64,000 nucleotides of DNA. Origin: Octopus vulgaris (lineage: Eukaryota). Shown piece after piece: positions 28,599 through 41,362 of the stretch (position 1 is its first letter; each line of letters starts with the position of its first letter). The position numbers and the translations under genes are program-made. The stretch is taken from NCBI GenBank assembly GCA_951406725.2, contig OX597824.1:45136001-45200000 (forward strand), given 5' to 3'. The notes under the pieces are model-generated. The model ran no database searches and was not told the origin of the DNA. It saw nothing but the letters and a program-made list of their open reading frames with translations.

Positions 28599-29764
28599 TT
28601 AGATTGGCAACTAAGTTCCTGCCGTTTTTTTTTATTTAAATTTTTTTAAAGTTTTAAACTAATTAATCAATAATGTATTCACCTTTGTTGTTTACAACAT
28701 CTTCCCAATGTTCAACAAGATTTTCAATACCTCGTTGGTAGAAATCATCTGATTTCAACTCAAAAAATTGATCCAGCCAAGCTCTCAATTCTGTATCAGT
28801 ATACAACGAAACTCCGCACATAGCATTTGAAAGAGATCGAAAGTGGAAATGTGTTGGTGCAAAATCAGGAGAGTACGGTGGGTGTGGCAGCATTTCCAAG
28901 CCATGCGTTTGAATGGCTTCCTTTGTCATATTGGCAATATGAGAGTGAGCGTTGTCGTGCAGTAGAACTCCATGCTGACAATTAGGTCTTTTCTCTTGAA
29001 TAGTGTGTTGAGTCGTTCCATCTGTTGAACATAGAGTTCCGCATTAACCGTTTGGTTCCATTCAAGCAAATCATAATGGATAATCCCTTCCCAGTCACAC
29101 CATATGCACAACATCATTTTACGTAGATGAAGATCTTGTTTCATGCGTGATGTTGCTTGTTTACCAGAGCTAAGCCATTCCCTACACTGCTTCATATTGA
29201 CGTACAGGCACCATTTTTCATCACCAGTAACGATTCAGTAAAGAAATTGTTGCTCCATACTTCTGAACCTTTCCCATCAGGTGAAGATGCTTCTCTATAG
29301 CAGTGTGGGAGCCTTCTATTTTCTGTGCCAGTTCCCTTGTCGTTTGATGAGAATTTTCATGCAAAAGTTGGTTTAATTGCTCTTCATTGAACTCAACTGC
29401 ACGGCCACAATGAGGTGCATCTTTGAGGTCAAAATTTCCATTTTTGAACTAGGCATACCAATCACAGGCGGTTCTTTCAGCTATGGCACCCTCTCCATAC
29501 ACAGCACAAATGTCGCAAGCAGCTTTTGCAGCCTTAGAACCTTGAATAAAAGCAAAAAGAAGGATGTGTCGAAGCTGCTCATTTTTCTTAACTTGACATT
29601 CCATTTTAATGATCTGAAAATAAACAAAAATTGACTAGAAAAAAAAAAAAGATTCCAAAATGATTCTAAAATAGAATTCTAGAAAAAAAAATAGATTCCA
29701 AAATTTTAAAATGCAATAAATTCCAAATTTTTAAAAAATGGTGGGAACTTAGTTGCCAACCCAA
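28599..29764 (-). mobile_element. Mariner transposon with TIRs and TA flanks, decayed transposase
   Basis: TA|ttagattggcaactaagttcc ... ggaacttagttgccaacccaa|TA; motifs TGDEKW, KMMLCIWCD, HPPYSPDFAPT, FYQRGIENL..W...V...GEY. Confidence 0.9.
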
Positions 29765-29787
29765 TATATACATATATTTATACTACA

Positions 29788-29975
29788 GGTGGCACGTAAA
29801 AAGCACCCACTACACTCACGGAGTGGTTGGCGTTAGGAAGGGCATCCAGCTGTAGAAACACTGCCAGATAAGACTGGAGCCTGGTGCAGCCTTCTGGCTT
29901 TCCAGATCCCCGGTCGAACCATCCAACCCATGCTAACATGGAGAACGGACGTTAAACGACGATGATGATGATGAT
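29788..29975 (+). mobile_element. RTE-type 3' tail retroposon ending (GAT)n
   Basis: Same family as 21670. Confidence 0.7.
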
Positions 29976-29979
29976 ATAT

Positions 29980-30924
29980 TTTCTGTAGTTTCAGCTCAGA
30001 GCTGTGGCTATGCTGATGCACCACCATTTTGCTACACTGTTATTACTGAGAGCCTCCTCTAATATGTGGCACTTGGTGAAGAATGGAGTTTGATGTAGCT
30101 ACCCTCATTTGCACCTCTTGCCATGAGGTAGGTTCATCTGGGACTCATGACCGGAAGAGGCCCACTTTGATTTAAAAACGCCGACATCTACTTTGTGCAG
30201 GTTCATCAGGCTCTTTAGAAGAATATTAAAAAGCTGTGGGCCCCTGAAACCCAGGCTGTTGCAGTAACTGGTCCTGAAGCGTGATGACATTGCTGGGATC
30301 TTTGGCACTATGCAGTGACATCCCGTTTTGGCATTGGTGTAGCTTTCAATGCCAAAATTTGGCACAATTCCTTCCAGGATCTTCCAGATGTATATTACTG
30401 CATACCTCTTCCGTTTTCTCTCCAGGGAGTAGAGTCTTAGCTGTTTCAGCTTTTCCCAGTAGCTGAGCAGTTGCAAAGAGATGCTCTTCTTTGTGAATCT
30501 TCTGTAGATTGCTACAAGGTCTGCTGTTAATTTCACACTGGTGGGTGACCATAGCTGGGAGCAGTAATCCAGGTGGCTGAGGGTGAATGTCCTCCAGAGG
30601 ACCATCATGGTTTCCTTATCTCTGGTTCTGAATGTTCTCAGGAGCCAGCCAGCCTGTCTTCTGCACTTTGTCGCCATCCTGGTAATGTGCACTTGGAAAG
30701 AAGTATCATCACTCATATCGATACCCAGGTCCCAAGACAGTGTCCTGTAGAACACCGCTCACTATTTGTGTTTTCATAGAGGTGGCTCCATTAGCCACTA
30801 CTGCCTGACTTCTATTTTTCAGAAAGTCATGTAACCAAGTTTTCCAGCTATGCTGAGATCATGCAGTTTGTGGCATATCATACCATGATCCACTTTGTCA
30901 AAAGCTTTTGCAAAATCTATATTT

Positions 30925-30925
<1 letters not shown>
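29980..30925 (-). mobile_element. 5'-truncated CR1/L2-group LINE: RT fragment, C-terminal region and 3' tail
   Basis: [12 protein letters not shown] (RT motif), DLGI.M...SF..HI, HLDYCSQLWSP, LRLYSLER.R.R, GPQLFN.L. Confidence 0.8.
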
Positions 30926-31330
<405 letters not shown>

Positions 31331-31426
31331 TATGCTATTTATATATAGAGAGAGATACCAGGAACTTTTCATTTATTTTAAAATTAATTTACTCTCTATA
31401 CTCTTTTACTCTCTTTTATTTTTCAG

Positions 31427-31477
31427 GGAAAACTTCATTTAGGACACCTTTAAAGAGAGAAAGCTATAATATAATCA
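31427..31477 (+). CDS. CCDC88: Candidate small alternative CCDC88 exon, 51 nt ([16 protein letters not shown])
   Basis: Strong pyrimidine tract ending tttcag; open and phase 1 to 1 as required; donor A|gtatat is weak. Confidence 0.4.
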
Positions 31478-32374
31478 GTATATTTCAGAAAAAAAATCTT
31501 AACTAATATCATTATTACTTTCTATTGTTGAACTCACATATTGGCTGATCTCGGCATATTATATCTCTATCAAATCTTTAAGAGAAAAAAATATCGTTTG
31601 TTAGATGTAATAAATTACAGCTATATTATTGTTACTTAGTGTTTCCAGCTATAATTTGTGCAGACTATTTCTGTCTTATGTTCCATATGTTTTTGTTATG
31701 TTTATTTATCTATTTATTGTTAGATTTTCTTTGTTTTGATTTTTCATTTGTGAATGAGACCAAAAATAAAATCACTGAATTCTGAATCAATTATCCACTA
31801 TTCTCATGATTCATTCTTGTCAATACAGTTTGTTGTAGTCCTAACAAACAGTCTCAGGTCAAATTGGTTGCCAAACAATTGCAGTTTAAGAATAACAAAT
31901 ACATTTTAGTTAGAATAGTCAAACAACTTTTGCCATAACCAATTTCAATTTTGTTCTTGGAGCATTTTGACTTACTTAATCACTTGTCGACAACAGGTGT
32001 CATGCCAATCTAAGAAAGTGCTTATTGATTTAACTGCATTCATTAAAATATTTCATATAAAGTTCAGTAACCGTATTAATGTTAATCTTACAGCAACAAA
32101 GTAATTTCAGACATATTTAAGTAAAACTAGTTTATTTATATTTAGTTTAGAATGAGCAAAATATATCATATCACTGTCATGTTCTAATCATCATACAACT
32201 GAGTGGAGAGAAAAGGTTAGTAAACTGGATGCTGAGTCAGATCTTCAAATATCTTAGCATATATGAGCAATGGTTTTGTTATTCTATAACAGTATTGTTA
32301 TATTGTACAAATGTCATTTATGTGTAAAATAGCTAATTGAGGATTGATCTTTAATAATTTGATGATATATATAT

Positions 32375-34450
32375 CATCGTCGTCATCGTTTAACATCTGT
32401 TTTCCATGCTGGCATGAGATGGCTGGTTTGACTGAAGTCTGGAGAGCCAGTGGCTGCACCAGGCTCCAATCTGACTGACAGTGTTTCTACAGCTGGATGC
32501 CCTTCCTAACACCAACTAGTAGTGTAGTAGGTGCTTTTTATGTGCCACCAGCACAGGAACCAGTCAGGTGGGCCTGGCATCGATCACATTCAGATAGTAC
32601 TTTTTACATGCCACAGGCATGGGAGCTAGTCAAGGGGTACTGGCATCGCCCACTTTGAATGGTGCTTTTTATGTGCCACTGGCATGTGGGCCAGTTAGGT
32701 GGTACTGGCATCAATCACATTTAGATAGTACTTTTTACATGCCACCAGTACAGGAGCCAGTCAGGGGTTACTGGCATCAACCACGTTTAGATGGTGCTAT
32801 TTTCATTCCACTGGCATGGGGAGCCAGTCACTGTTGCTCCTCCTCCTTAACAAATTTTTCATTAAGGATATCCCTAAATCTCTGATCATGTGAAGAGTTC
32901 TTAAGCTTCCATGTCCTTCTTTTCCAGATTGGTCTGTTTTTAGCATCCTTCTGGCCATCACTCTAAAGTCACTAATAACTAGTCTATGCTGGGGGGCATA
33001 TTCTTCACCAGGGATGGTCTTTGTATTTAGGAACAACCATGCATCCACTGTCTGGTGAGAATGAAATCAATTTGGCTAGCAGAGTCACCTGATTGATAGT
33101 TTATCAGGTGGCTAGTTGGTTTCCTGAAGTTGGTGTTGCAGATCAATAGGTTATTTGCATTGCAGAACTCCAGGAGCCTAGTTCCCTCTTCATTTCTGGT
33201 ACCAACTCCATAGCCCCCATGTACACCATGGAAGCTACCAGGTTGCTGGCCAACATGTCCATTAAAATCTCCAGCCACAAAGATGAGATCATTGTCACTT
33301 GTCTTTGAGATAGCCTGCAGAAGAATATCATAAAGGTGATCCTTCTGTTCATTTGGTAGGCCTGCTTGTGGGCTGTAGGCAGAGAAAATTATACCATTTT
33401 GCAAGCTAGCCTGAATTTAAGTACCCTATCACACACCCTCACTACCTCTATGACCTTATCCACCCATTTCTCTGTGAAAAGTATGCCCACACCTCTATTC
33501 CCAGAAAAGTTTATGCCTGTGTGCTTTGTCTGTGAGGGCTTTAGCTGAAGCTCCTCTCCACCTTACCTCTTGTATGCAACATACATCAACACATCTCTGT
33601 TCAAGCATCTCTACAATCTCTCTAGACCTACCTTTCAATGTGCCTACATTTACAGTGCCAACTCTGAAAATTGGGAAAGAGATATGGAAGGTAACACAGG
33701 AAGGGGAGATGTTATTCAGCACCTGAAAAGAAGGTTCCCGTGATTGTTTGGTAACAGACATCATAATAGCTATTCTTGCTTTTAACCTACTGTCATTCAC
33801 ACATGTTAGAATTGTTGCCTCTATTGGGAGGTGGGAGTAAGGAAGGAGTGTATATAAAGTGTTTGGGGCATTTGTAAATATAGTGTTATGAGCATTCTGA
33901 ATGTAAACATTACACCTATAAATGTGTAAAAAGAAAAAAGAGAGAGGGTAAGTGGGCTGCTATCTGGTTTAGTTAGTCCAGAGATGAGGGAGAAAAAGGA
34001 AAGAGTGGCAAAATATCCAATATAAGAAGAGAGAGGGGGAAAGGCACCTGGATGTCCAGTAAAAGAAATGAGACTTCTGGTATTGGTGGTGGGAAAGGGT
34101 GGGTGCAACCACAATGTTACTCATTTTAGGGAGCAGAGCAAACAAGAAAGAATTAGTTAAGAGAAAATGAATGAATGAATGAATGAATGAGGCGATTAAA
34201 AAAAAAAAGGAAAATTTTTTAGTTTGGCTGTGCATATTTTCAAGAGTCATCAAGCAGCCAAACACATGGAATAAACTAACGAAAGTCTGAGGGGGGAACA
34301 GGTGTGGAGGCAATGGCTGGAAATGGATGAAGATGGCAGACTTTACCCTAAGGGAGTAAGAGAGATAGCAGTGAGTAACCATTGCAACTAGGTACAAGAG
34401 ATACAGACAGGAAAGAAATTATTTTAGAGAATGGTATGAAATACTTATGT
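32375..34450 (-). mobile_element. Internally deleted RTE-clade LINE: putative 5' UTR, APE endonuclease and 3' UTR, no RT
   Basis: RVGTVNVGTL, DVCCIQEVRW, SAYSPQAG, VAGDFNGHVG, RNEEGTRLLEFC, SQIDFIL, PQHRLVISD; 3' UTR with about 60-bp tandem units and (GAT)n tail. The 5' boundary is uncertain. Confidence 0.8.
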
Positions 34451-34927
34451 CCATGTTGGGCAAGAATGATCAGTAGGAGGTGTATGTTTGTAACATATAT
34501 ATATATATGTACGGATATACTATAGAAAGCCAGAAAACTGCAGTATTCATCTCAAGAAAGCATCTTACATATATAAATAATTTTGAAGCAAGTTATTCCT
34601 AGAACTGTCATTTGTGTTATGTGTATTTTATTTCACTTGGTTTTCTTTGTTGCTATTGATCACTCTTATCCACTCCACAACATCCTCTAGAGCTAAGTTA
34701 ATTTCAATGATATTAAAATTTCTCTCAGTAACTGTTAGACTAAACTTTGCATCAACCTTTTTGTTACCATATTTCTGGTGTATAGAATATAAATTAACAT
34801 GAAATTATGATAGGAGGCTATTAAATAACTTTACAACAGGAAGTTAGTACTATAGAACCAGAGGCAGTGTCAGGCAGCTTAGTATTAAATGGGTTAATTT
34901 TAAAGATCAAATTCCATTTAACTATTA

Positions 34928-35155
34928 TGAAAGGGTGCTGAAAAGTTCCTGGCTTTAAGGGTATCATGAAAAGAGGCCTGGTTGGAGGCCCAACCTTCCG
35001 AGTTTTTTTTTTTTTTTACAGGGCTTAGAAAAACTGAAGGACCACTGCAATAAGTATGTGAATCTTAAAGGGAAATATTTTGAATAAAATCATAATTAAC
35101 TGATCCTCTTGTATTTTCTTTTACCCAAAGCCAGGAACTTTTTAGCTCCCCATCA
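34928..35155. mobile_element. Mariner-derived MITE (about 228 bp)
   Basis: TA|tgaaagggtgctgaaaagttcctggcttt ... aaagccaggaactttttagctccccatca|TA. Confidence 0.8.
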
Positions 35156-37043
35156 TATATGTACTGTCTCTTTCAAGTTCCTTTCATGGTAATTTATCAT
35201 AATGGAAGTTTTGTCCCATCATTTTTCTTTTTTCAACGATGTATATTTCACCAATGTTGAATTCCTTGTGTCTTTTGAGATAAAAAATTTCTAATGGTCT
35301 TCGGTTCTGATAATTTTTTAAACAAAGTTTCATTCTGTTTCACTTCAAATGTCACTTAAGTATCAACCACCATAAACTTTACTGGTATAGAAGAACCTGC
35401 AAGGATTATAACAGATAAAAAATAAGAATAATTAATTTAGTACCCATTCATATACTGTGTGGATTTTTACTCTAGTGTAGCAAAGTATCGTGTTGTACCA
35501 TTCTTGTAGAATTATACTTGAATTACTTCAATTTTTACATTGAAACAAATTCATTAACAACTGTCATATTCAAAATTTCCACCTTTAAAATCTCATGTAT
35601 GTGAATCTTGAAGGGAAATATTTGAGAAGGTCTCATTCATTTTTTGATGGTCTGTATCTTGTATGTATGCTAGTTTAATTTTCAATATTTTTCAAAATTA
35701 AATTTGTTGAACTTTATGTAAGTATATACTTAGATAGTGATAATTCTCTGCCTCTGGTTTTCTAAATTCTTCAGATTTAGTCTTTATTTTGACACTTTTC
35801 TCATTTTCAAATATTAACAACAATCCCTTATTTTTAACATATTACTAATAACTTTAATTAAAAGCATGTATGTTTGTTTTATTTAATTTTATTTTTTTAA
35901 AACTTTTTGTTTATACTCTAATCCACCTTGTTAATATTTTTTTTATTATTATTGTGGCAACTTTACATAAATTACCTATATGTTTGCAGCAGGCATCAAT
36001 ATATCTTATTTCATTATTATTCAAAGCTATCTGGCAATGACTTTATATTTTCTTTCTCACTAAGATAAATGATGAAATTAGCACCTGTAATACATAACTT
36101 TTCCCTTCTTGTATCGTGTTCAATGTTCATAGGAACTAGTAATTAATAGCATAACACACACGCAATAAGTTTTTATTCCTATCTAAATACTTCAATATTC
36201 TGAATTCAAATCCTAACTGGAGTAACTCTACCTTTTATTTATATAGCATTGTTGCAATAAATACTTATAATTCACTCAAATCAATTCAATAAAGTTTTCT
36301 TATTTCCCATTATAAACATTGATCGATACACTGGGCAAAAAGATATATAATTTTCACAATTCTTTAAAAATAGTTTGCATTATTTTTAGAAGTAGAATAA
36401 TGGAATTTGATTTATGTTTGTCTGTAGTAATTGCTAAAAAGATTTTATGCACAAAAAAAAATTATGTGTAATATCATAATTTTATATCATTTAATGAATA
36501 TCTTTTGCTCACATACTCATTGCATGACACCTTGAAATCTGAGGCGTTCATTAATAATAATTGAGGCAAGATGATTGTTTTAACATATATGACTTTCCTA
36601 ATATTATAACTGAATCAATATTTTTAAAAATCTTAATTCAGTAACTACAGCTACTTATTAAAACCATATTGCAAACTCTTTTTACCTTGGATATTCACGA
36701 GCTTTTAATAATTTAGTCTAGCAGAAAGGGAATATATTAGGGTAATTCTTGCCCTTTTACATTTCAATGTCATTGGGGAAAGAGGTAATTTAAGAGGGAT
36801 AACACATAGGTAAGAGAATAATGGTTAATGTGGGACTGAGGGGGGTAAATACAAAATAAGTGACAAGGCAAATAGAGATGAGTCAGGTGGATCTAGGTGT
36901 GGTGGGGACACATGATTAACCAGCTATGATTCAAGGACTTACTTTTCAAAAGTATTTTGTTAAATCTGCTATCAAGTTGACACACTTGCTCCAGAATCTT
37001 TGAAGAAGAATGGAACAACTAAAAGTGTTATTTACTACTATAA

Positions 37044-37076
<33 letters not shown>

Positions 37077-37622
37077 AGTGAGCACATCTGAAGGCCTATA
37101 TTGGAGTATGTTGATGAGTAACACCAATCAGTTTGAACTTCTTTTGGATGTGATCTAACATCCATGTGTTCTAGCTTCACAGTCTAAAATGTGAGAACAG
37201 TATTTCATTGTAGGTCTCACATTGTACAAAGTGTTTGGATTGCCTGAAAAGGTTGGTGATTGTAAGGAGTAGCATTGGTAGCAACTTTGAAGGGTTTTGT
37301 TGTGTATTTGTTCATCCAAGTGATGAAGTTAGTGTTTTCCTGATAAGTGCAGTGATTGTGTCTTTATGCTGTTGGAGACAAGATTGATATGATCCCTTCC
37401 AGTTACAAAAGATCTGTCCAGTTTTCTTTATAAATATAGTATAATACTCTGAGTACTTCTTGCCATATTTATATTGAGAAAAAAAGCCAAAAGCAAATTC
37501 TAGTTTTTTACCTTTCCTTTTAAACATATATTTCTGTTTGATATCATTTTCCAATGGCAACTCTTTTATTGGTTGTCTTTCAATAAATTCACTGCCATTC
37601 TGTGCTTTTGTTATTCTTTTAG

Positions 37623-37631
37623 GTAACAGAG
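37623..37631 (+). CDS. CCDC88: Candidate 9-nt CCDC88 microexon GTAACAGAG (inserts N-R-G)
   Basis: tgtgcttttgttattcttttag|GTAACAGAG|gtaagt: strong acceptor, consensus donor, phase 1 to 1 and stop-free. Confidence 0.6.
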
Positions 37632-38849
37632 GTAAGTAAACTTATCCAGATCCCTTTATTCTATATCAACTATGACGCTATCATATATATATATATATAT
37701 ATATATCACTTTGAATTAAAACATTAAAGAGCATAATAGCTTAGATGTCGAAACAGCTGACTTTTGAATAGAAATAACTTGGAGAGGAAAATATCACTTC
37801 TAGGATTTTATCCACAATAAACTTCATCTAAACATGCTCAAACCACTTTTCTCAATAGAATTTTAAAATAAGATTGAAACAAAACCTTAATGAAAAGAAA
37901 AATATTTTAATATGAGTATATTTTTGTTTTTTCTTATTTTAAGATCATAAAATTCTGTGTAGCTTCGGCCATGAAACCAGCCAATTGCAACTGGGGGTGC
38001 TATCTTGATAGCTGGTGGTGCTGAACAGGGGTACAGACAAAAGCCCTTACACACTAAGGTGCTGGCCACTAGGATGCTCAGGGCCACGCCCCTCAGAGTG
38101 AATGTGGACAAAAGTCCCATGCTTATATTTTTCAGTTATTTTTTTTGTTTTGTTTTTTGTTTTTTCACATTTCTTGATGCCTAGCCTGGTCAAAACTTCT
38201 GATATATTTCGTTTTTATTTTCATTTTACTTGTTGCAATCATTAAACTGAGGCCATTCTGGGGTATCACCTTGAAGAATTTTTAGTCAAATGTGTCAACT
38301 CCAACATTTTAAAAAATGATTTTCAACAAGCACATAGTTAAGCCTAAAAGGTTTTTCCACATGCTAGAGATAACAGCCAAATCTTTAAAAATTATTTTAT
38401 ATAATTTCAAACAAACAGAAACAGCAGTTATAAAAAAAAAACACTTTAACTATGGGGGGTTTGATTGAGGGGCTTTTGTCTTAGGGGGTGTTTTTCCTAA
38501 GGGTCTTTTGTATTACACCCGCTGAACAGAACTCTAAAAACCGTACTGTTTATAAAATTTGATTATGTCTCTGTTGTGTGGAAACAGAACACCCCCAAGA
38601 TAGAATGGATAGATTAGTCCACCTGGATAAATATGGTGGAGTAATGCCAATGGGGTAACAGCAGGTCAGCCGTGACCTGACAGCTCATGAGCAATGTGTT
38701 GACTCAAGAGTTCAAGTAGTACCAGTGAGCGGACAAGCATCTAGTACTATCAAACGGATTTAATGTATTATTTTATGTCATATGAGAACTGTACAACATA
38801 AGTCTCTCAAAAAAATTCAGAACACGAAATAAAATCAGGATACATTTAT

Positions 38850-41055
38850 TTAATACAACTGCAATCTACGGCAATGCAAGACGAAAAATTTTAGAAAATC
38901 ATCCTTGTCTATACTTGATTTGTATTTATTAAGGGAAGCAAGTATCACAAAGTTTGATTTTCGCTGGTGCTTCATATTTCGTTGAAAGGGTGTCATAATT
39001 CGAGTTGGCGTTGAAAATGATGATTCACATGTAGCTGTGCTAGATCCAAATGTTAATGCTGCACCATACAAAAGATAAACATTTGGAAAGGTGTCCTGTA
39101 CAATACGTAAAGATCATATTTTGTTTGGAAATGCATGCTTTAGTCACAGTAAGTTCAGAAAGTAAGGCCGATTTATTGCAATTAACTAAATTGCTCAAAG
39201 GTTTTAAAGCATCAAAATCCAAAAATGTTTCAGATGTTGGTAGTAGACTTGCCAAGGAAGAATATATACTATCATTTTGTTCTGAAAATCTATTATCTAG
39301 CTCTCCCAAGCTTTCGTTGATGATCGCAAAATAAATTTTGCAGTGAAAGGTTATCCAGTCATCTTGTGATGGTACCAGGACTTCAACAACATAATCTGAA
39401 AAACGTTGGGACCAGTAAGCTTTTCAACACATGCGTTCATCAATAATATTAAATTGACTCATCTGTTTTAAAATCTCATCAAATATTAAAGAGTTTCTCA
39501 GTTTGGTTATTTCACTCTTGGAAATCTTAAGCTCAAGGCCATGGTATATATCACATTTGTGGCTCTGATGCTGTTTGTCTACTGGTCTAATTATATGCAG
39601 AAATCTGCTAAGAACCAGGGTTAGAAAAACAAACCTTCAGGAATGAACTTGATGTAAAATTCTAGTTGTCTCTATACACATTCTTGAATCTGACGAATCT
39701 GTGCATTCTGTTAGCGAACCAACAATTTTGGAGTGATTTTCTATTACAGAAGCAATGGCAGTGAAATGACCCGACCACCTATGCTTCATAAAACTTGGCA
39801 ACTTCAATCCTTTGTAGAGACTAGCTATCTTTGGCCGTTTAATAAAATTATGAAGAATATTAACTGTGTTGAAGAACGTAGCTAACTCTGGAATCCGCTT
39901 TATTGTGTTAACCATGACAAGATGCAACTGATGATTAAGACAATGAACATAAGGTATATATTTCTCAAGTCGATTCTGAATCTTTCTTTGAATGCCACCT
40001 ATTTTGCCAGACATCACAGAAGCACCGTCATAGCATTGTGACAACATACTCTTTGGGTCAATGCAAAGGTTGGTTAATTCCTTAATTATCAAGTTGGCCA
40101 ATGTTTCAGCATCATAATGTTGAGTAGTTGGCATCGCAACTAACTTGTCCAGAACCCTGCCGTTTTTCAAGTACCTAATAACAATTGCAAGATTTTCAGT
40201 ATTACTCAAATCACGCATTCCATCACATTTCAGCGTAAAATAAGGATCATTGGAACATTTTATTTCATCGACCACGAGGCTGAAAGTGTGTCTTCTCAAC
40301 AATTCAATGATTTCATTTTGCATTGCTGCTGAGGTTTAGGTCGCATTTTTTGGAATCCTGCTGTAATATTCCATTAGCTTTGAGTCTTTCTCTAATGTAT
40401 ACTGGAATAATTTCATAAAAAGACCACAAGGCCGCATGTAATCTTCCGAATAAAGATCCTGAAAAGCTTCATATTTGTTTCCTCGAAAAGGCAATTCATT
40501 TGCACAAAGAAAATTAACAATATCAACAATGGAACTGATATAATAACAGTTTTTGCTCAATTGATCATTTTGCAAGATTGAAGACATGGATGTTGTGGAT
40601 AAACGCTGTTGGCATTCCTTCCATGTTACCATAGCTTGGATATGGGATGCAGAGTTTGTGTACTTATATAAACCTTTGTTTTTTTCTTTTGCATGATGCC
40701 AATTAGAATATCCATTTTTAATAAAACAAGTATCAGCTTGAGCAAAAGTATGAAAGTGCTGACTAACAAAACAAGGCTTTCTTTGAAAGAGAATACTCTA
40801 ACCATGGACAACCAGTATACCAGCTTGACAAGAAGTCACATCTCTGATTTCCATATTTGGATCAAACTTTGCTAAAACTGGCTGCACTGGTTGGCAGTCG
40901 ACTTGTGATCATCCAGTGAGGGTCAAAGACTTTGCAAGACCTCCCTTGAGCTGCAAAACTTCGTTTGCAATTCTCTTCTGTTTAGCATTATTAGATGAAT
41001 CAGATTGGAAATTCAGCAATGATTGCTTCAGTTCTCTTTTTCGGTAGTGATTCAT
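38850..41055 (-). pseudogene. hAT transposase pseudogene (DUF4371-like, DDE/RW core, hATC dimerisation)
   Basis: LPFRG, QNEIIE, FTLKCDG..D.SN.E, QCYDGASVMSG, YVHCLNHQLHL, RWS, L..RFS, TATCESSFS; broken by stops and frameshifts. Confidence 0.9.
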
Positions 41056-41210
41056 TATTTTGGGGCACTGTTATTCGCAATAATTAATTCTAAGGTAGAA
41101 TATCGTAAGAGTAACAATTTCTTAAAATTTATGTATTTTTAAATTAAACTCATAAGCAATTTCAGTTCAAGCAATTTTTCTTTTCAATTTCTTCAAAGTT
41201 ATGCTTTTTT

Positions 41211-41362
41211 ATTAATAGTTATCGCCAAGCTAACATGGCAGTCCAGGAAAATAGTGTAAGGAGTAGCATTGGTAGCAACTTTGAAGGGTTTTGATGTAGA
41301 TTTGTTCATCCAAGTGTCCTATTTTCCTGGACTGCCATGTTAGCTTGACGATAACTATTAAT
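41211..41362. repeat. 44-bp inverted repeat (43/44 match) enclosing a 62-bp copy of 37261-37322
   Basis: Arms 41211-41254 and 41319-41362; loop 41255-41316 matches 37261-37322 with 3 mismatches. Confidence 0.95.

Noticed and set aside
37960-37968. tagcttc at both ends of the hAT as an 8-bp TSD
   Set aside because: Only 7 of 8 bases match and the position is offset from the apparent TIR end, so the left boundary is left unresolved.
38850-41055. Domesticated ZMYM1-like host gene
   Set aside because: Multiple stops and frameshifts and transposon-like ends indicate a dead hAT copy.
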